DNA from: Deltaproteobacteria bacterium
GTDB lineage: Bacteria; Desulfobacterota; WTBG01; JAGOGO01
Length of the DNA: 64,000 nucleotides
Reading direction: 5' to 3'
Assembly: GCA_016935335.1 (NCBI GenBank)
Contig: JAFGRE010000129.1
Span: forward strand, 3,403-67,402
Under the pieces are notes generated by a model. It worked only from the letters and a program-made list of their open reading frames with translations, did not search any database and was not told the origin of the DNA. Made by a program: the position numbers and the translations under genes. Shown one piece after another: positions 59,819 through 64,000 of this stretch (the first letter of the stretch is position 1; every line of letters starts with the position of its first letter).

Positions 59819-61870
59819 TTACATGAGCGTTAACCAGACAATAACCGCCACTACCAGGATAAACCCGATCACCTGAAAAAGCATATACACTTGAGGAATT
59901 CCTACATGAGTTCTCCGGAACATCTCGGAAAACCGAAGCATGGCAGTAACGAGGGGATAAAATAGTACCTTGTCAAAGTCTATTCCCCTGTAAATCCGCT
60001 CCGGTTTCTTCAGATGAATCGGGGGGGCCTCCCAGGAAACCAAGCGTTCGAAATGAGACGCCAACGGGAGGTAGAAGCTTTGAGCGCGGTATCGCACTTC
60101 GTCGGTATCGTACACCTCCCCGCAATTCCATATCGGAACCGACCGACTTTCCGGTGATCCCACCCGGGAGATGATAACCGCAACCATGAGACACCCACCA
60201 AAGACCAGGAGCCCCATAAGCGGAAACCAGACACCCGCTTGGACTCCTCCCATCATGGGAATCAAGCCAATTTCCGACATGCCGAAGACGGATGAAAGGT
60301 GGGGAAGGGAATTTCCGTAAAGTGAACCGGTAAGGCCGGCGTGAATCATCTGTAAAGGGATCCACGGAAAGAGACCAAGGAGCACGCAAAGAAGTGCAAA
60401 TATATTCTGAGGAATCCGCATGGTGTATGGAACATCAAGACCGGGCCGTAAGCTGGTTTCCAATTCGCTGCCCATCTCCCCCCCAAAGCATGTGCCGAAA
60501 AACTTGATGAAGTATGCAATCGTTACAGTACTGATAAAAATTGCCACTACCCCGAAAAGAATAAACACCGGAACGCTGATTCCTCCAATTATGGTTGTTT
60601 GATAGATCAGCCACTTGCTCACAAACCCGTTAAACGGCGGCATTCCCGCGATTGACAACGCAGCTATGAGCGTAACCCAGGCAGTCAGCGGCATAACGGA
60701 ATAAAGGCCGCTCAGTCGGTTCAAATCTCGAGTACCCGTCTTATAAAGAATCGCCCCGGCATTTAGAAAAAGGAGCCCTTTAAAAACAGCATGGTTCACC
60801 AGGTGATACATGCCGGCCATGGTAGCCACCACCGAAAGGAGCGGGTTGATTTCATAAAATGCCAATCCGGTACCGATACCCAAAAGGATGTATCCCATCT
60901 GGCCGATTGACGAAAACGCCAGCAAGCGCTTGAAGTCATGCTGCAAAAGGGCGGAAACAGTGCCCATAAACAAGGATACTGCCCCACATGCAGCGATCAC
61001 AATGCCCCACGCAAACGTGTGCGTTGAAACCGGCAAGAGGAAGAAGAAAAACCGGACGAATCCATAGACACCCATCTTGATCATAACTCCGGAGAGCATT
61101 GCCGAAACTCCCGAAGGCGCGGCCGGATGAGCATCTGGAAGCCATCCTCCCACCGGATACATACCGGCCTTGGTGCCGAAGCCGAGGACGAACAGTCCCA
61201 GGACAAATGAGAGTTGAACCGGATGGGCCTCGACCATTCCCGAGAGAGCCTCCCGCAAAGCGGCAAAGGCAAAGGAACCAACCCGTGTTTGGAGAAGGAT
61301 CGCTCCGATGAACATGGCGGCCGTTCCCACATGGGTCATGATGAAGTACTTGAGGCCGGCCCTGAGGACGACCTGATCCTCTTTTTCATAAATTACCAGG
61401 AAGTAAGACGTAAGAGTCATAAACTCCCAGAAAACAAAAAAGAAGAACATGTCGGAAACCGAAACCACCCCAACCATCCCGGCGATGAACAGTATAAGGC
61501 AATGATAGAACCGGGCGATGCCCTGTGACGGATAGAGGTCCATATATCGAAAGGAGTAGAGCGTGCCCGCAAAGGAGACCAAACCAATAATAACCAAAAA
61601 AAGGGCGCTGAGATAATCCACCGATACCGTCAACTCCGCTCCCAGAGACGGGATCACCATAAGCGGCTTCGAAAGATTGCGGGGGCCTCCCGTAAAGACC
61701 CGATAGGCAACACAGAAAAGGATCCCTGACATAATGGTAACCGTACCAACCCCAATGGTACCGCACAGTCGCCGGGAGCGCCTGGTCAGCGCCGTAAGAA
61801 TCAACCCAAGGATAATCGTGGCAGCAAAAAGGGTTATCATAAACACCGTCGTTCCCCCTTTAAAAATCAA
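59819..61870 (-). CDS. Large antiporter-like membrane subunit (NuoL/MrpA/HyfB family)
   Basis: 683 aa, about 16-18 transmembrane helices; ND5/NuoL-type pattern. Confidence 0.8.
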   Translation of the reverse strand: MIFKGGTTVFMITLFAATIILGLILTALTRRSRRLCGTIGVGTVTIMSGILFCVAYRVFTGGPRNLSKPLMVIPSLGAELTVSVDYLSALFLVIIGLVSFAGTLYSFRYMDLYPSQGIARFYHCLILFIAGMVGVVSVSDMFFFFVFWEFMTLTSYFLVIYEKEDQVVLRAGLKYFIMTHVGTAAMFIGAILLQTRVGSFAFAALREALSGMVEAHPVQLSFVLGLFVLGFGTKAGMYPVGGWLPDAHPAAPSGVSAMLSGVMIKMGVYGFVRFFFFLLPVSTHTFAWGIVIAACGAVSLFMGTVSALLQHDFKRLLAFSSIGQMGYILLGIGTGLAFYEINPLLSVVATMAGMYHLVNHAVFKGLLFLNAGAILYKTGTRDLNRLSGLYSVMPLTAWVTLIAALSIAGMPPFNGFVSKWLIYQTTIIGGISVPVFILFGVVAIFISTVTIAYFIKFFGTCFGGEMGSELETSLRPGLDVPYTMRIPQNIFALLCVLLGLFPWIPLQMIHAGLTGSLYGNSLPHLSSVFGMSEIGLIPMMGGVQAGVWFPLMGLLVFGGCLMVAVIISRVGSPESRSVPIWNCGEVYDTDEVRYRAQSFYLPLASHFERLVSWEAPPIHLKKPERIYRGIDFDKVLFYPLVTAMLRFSEMFRRTHVGIPQVYMLFQVIGFILVVAVIVWLTLM

Positions 61871-61912
61871 AACAAACTTCGCACCTCATCGTCCGCTTCC
61901 CTCCTGGCTTTT

Positions 61913-63427
61913 TTACCTGACCCCTTCCAAGAAAGGGATCCCCAATAAAGGAGCTGCCAAGGTCAGGATCACCAAAGCCCCCAGTACCAGCTTGATAGCA
62001 AAGGGAAATGCAAACGTTTCACCGGCTTCACGCGGTTCACCGAAAAAGACCCGCTGGGTCACAACAATAAACCAAATGAAAGCGCCGACGGATTCTCCCA
62101 AAACCAGGATGCCCAAAATAACCCCGAAGGTTGACCGAAGCTCAAAGGCTCCCACCACAATGAAAAACTTGCTCCAGAAACACGAGAAGGGCGGGATGCC
62201 GGTTACCGATAAAACGCCGGTTATAAACGCTCCTGCCAAAAGCGGAGAGCTTCCGGCAAGGCCGGATAATCGGGAGATGAGGCGTGTGCCGGCGGCATAG
62301 GAGATCGCGCCGACCGACAAAAAGAGAAGCGTCTTGGCGAACGCGTGACAGAGCAGATGCAGCAAACCGCCCCGGAGCCCTACCAGTGACCCGGCCGCCC
62401 CGAGGCCCAATCCCAAGAAGATATACCCCACGTTGGAGATGGTGGAGTAGGCCAAAAGCCGCTTCAAGTCATCTTGCACGAAGTAAAAAACAAGCCCCAT
62501 AAACATTGTTATAATGGCAACAGTGGCGGTCAGGAGTCCGATTCCGCTCCCCACTTCAAAACCTGCCGTAAATACCCGGGCGATCAGAAAAGCCCCGGCC
62601 TTCACCATTGCCGCCGCGTGAAGATATGCTGAAATGGGAGTGGGCGCCACCATGGCGTCAGGTATCCAGGTATAAAAGGGTCCCTGCGCTGACTTAGCCC
62701 AGCCCGCCAGAAGCAGGCAGATCAGAACCATGACTTTTATGGTACCCGGGAGTCTGCCGATACTGGCAAACTCGAAACTGCTGGTATACACAAAAATAAA
62801 CGCCAGCCCAACGATAAAAAAGAGGCCCGGAATGTGGGTCATCAGAAGCGCCTTAAAACCGGAACGAAACGATGTTTCATCTTCATAAAAGGCAATGAGG
62901 GCGGCAGAACAAATGGTGGTGAGTTCCCAGAAAATCAAAAACTGGAGGAGATTGGGCGAAAGCGCGAGTCCGATCATCGAAAAGATGAAGAACAGCAGCC
63001 ATGCATAGTATCGAACGAATCCCGATGTCACCGGATGTTCACGGTTTTTGCTGCTCAGGTACCCATTGGAAAAGAAAACCACCAGAAAACCGATAACCAC
63101 GGTGACGACCAACATCAACACGGAGAGGGGATCGAGGACCGCTCCGAAGAGCTTCGACTCGGTCCTGATCCACGGCATCCGGCCGAAGAGGAAGAACGCG
63201 GGAGGTTTTCCCAGGCTTTGTACAATAACTCCTCCTGCAGCCACCAGCGTGGCGAGCGCCGATAACGATGCCAGCCGGCTTGCCCGTTCACCCTGAAAGC
63301 ACGAGGGAAATCCTGTCAGGAGAAGAAGAACGCCTGCCAGCGGAAGAAGAAACACCAACGCAAGCCAAACTGTCATACTGTTGCTCCCGTTCCGTGTTGC
63401 CGATTCCCAATGCGGACAGACCGTCAC
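61913..63427 (-). CDS. Second antiporter-like membrane subunit (NuoL/NuoM / HyfB-HyfD family)
   Basis: 504 aa polytopic membrane protein. The true start is probably the ATG at about 63377 (MTVWLALVFLL). Confidence 0.75.
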   Translation of the reverse strand: MTVCPHWESATRNGSNSMTVWLALVFLLPLAGVLLLLTGFPSCFQGERASRLASLSALATLVAAGGVIVQSLGKPPAFFLFGRMPWIRTESKLFGAVLDPLSVLMLVVTVVIGFLVVFFSNGYLSSKNREHPVTSGFVRYYAWLLFFIFSMIGLALSPNLLQFLIFWELTTICSAALIAFYEDETSFRSGFKALLMTHIPGLFFIVGLAFIFVYTSSFEFASIGRLPGTIKVMVLICLLLAGWAKSAQGPFYTWIPDAMVAPTPISAYLHAAAMVKAGAFLIARVFTAGFEVGSGIGLLTATVAIITMFMGLVFYFVQDDLKRLLAYSTISNVGYIFLGLGLGAAGSLVGLRGGLLHLLCHAFAKTLLFLSVGAISYAAGTRLISRLSGLAGSSPLLAGAFITGVLSVTGIPPFSCFWSKFFIVVGAFELRSTFGVILGILVLGESVGAFIWFIVVTQRVFFGEPREAGETFAFPFAIKLVLGALVILTLAAPLLGIPFLEGVR

Positions 63428-63448
63428 GATGCTGCCGTTACTGCGAGG

Positions 63449-64000
63449 TCAGACCACCCGCTCCGGCAACTTCATCATTTCCCGATAGGAAAAAACCGGT
63501 CCGTCCAGACATACATACTTGTGCCCGATAGCACAGTGCCCGCACTTTCCGACACCGCACTTCATGTATCGCTCCAAGGTGGAGATAATGTTCGCGGGGG
63601 CGAAGCCGAGACGCAGCAGTTCCATGATGGCAAACCGTATCATGATGGGCGGCCCGCAAACAAAGGCTACGGTGTTGTCGACAATGATGTCAGCTTTCGG
63701 GAAAATGGTCGTCACCACCCCCACATTCCCGGACCAACCTGAATCACCCACGTCAACCGTCATCATGAACCGAACGTCCTGCATCGTTTCCCATTCTTTG
63801 AGACGGTTTTTATACACGAGATCGGCCGGACTCCGGGCACCATAAAGAATCTGAACGTCTCCGAATTCCGACCGGGCATCGAGCATCGGTTCAATCAGCG
63901 AGCGGAGGGGAGGAAGGCCGATGCCCCCGGCCACGAAAAGAACGTTCTTCCCCTTGATCTCGTCAAAGGGAAAACCGTTTCCGAAGGGACCGCGCACACC
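63449..64000 (-). CDS. FAD/NAD(P)-binding oxidoreductase subunit with C-terminal 2Fe-2S cluster (PyrK / sulfide dehydrogenase SudB / hydrogenase gamma-subunit-like). The 5' end lies outside the window.
   Basis: C-terminal 182 aa visible; NAD-binding GGIGLPP motif; 2Fe-2S Cys cluster CGVGKCGHC...C typical of the PyrK family. Only 21 nt separate it from the next gene. Confidence 0.75.
   Translation of the reverse strand, partial: GVRGPFGNGFPFDEIKGKNVLFVAGGIGLPPLRSLIEPMLDARSEFGDVQILYGARSPADLVYKNRLKEWETMQDVRFMMTVDVGDSGWSGNVGVVTTIFPKADIIVDNTVAFVCGPPIMIRFAIMELLRLGFAPANIISTLERYMKCGVGKCGHCAIGHKYVCLDGPVFSYREMMKLPERVV

Overview
This is a 64 kb chromosomal window from an anaerobic Gram-negative bacterium, probably a deltaproteobacterial or Desulfobacterota-like syntroph. 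The gene content is the basis for this call; I cannot assign a taxon from sequence alone. Housekeeping blocks include aat-clpA-clpS, lnt, a complete pilMNOPQ type IV pilus operon, aroC-aroQ, hpt, panE, uppP, a dCMP deaminase and a yceD-rpmF ... fabD-fabG-acpP-fabF fatty-acid operon. In that operon an acyl-CoA dehydrogenase sits where plsX and fabH are normally found. The accessory part holds two hydrogenase systems. The first (40.8-52.3 kb, plus strand) is an [FeFe]-hydrogenase locus: a response-regulator gene, a fused NuoE/NuoF-like flavoprotein, a HydA catalytic subunit, then hydG, an aspartase-family gene, hydF and hydE, followed by a membrane GAF histidine kinase. The second (52.4 kb to the window end, minus strand) is a Hyf/Hyc-type, group-4-like membrane [NiFe] hydrogenase operon. 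Its fused NuoC/NuoD-like large subunit has two in-frame TGA codons exactly at the two cysteines of the N-terminal Ni-binding RxCGxC motif, and a hairpin follows immediately downstream. I read this as a probable double-selenocysteine (R-I-U-G-I-U) [NiFe] hydrogenase large subunit and consider it the most interesting feature in the window. The HydA subunit also carries TSCSPGW instead of the canonical TSCCPxW H-cluster motif, so the proton-relay cysteine is a serine. No tRNA, rRNA, CRISPR array or transposase was recognisable by eye.
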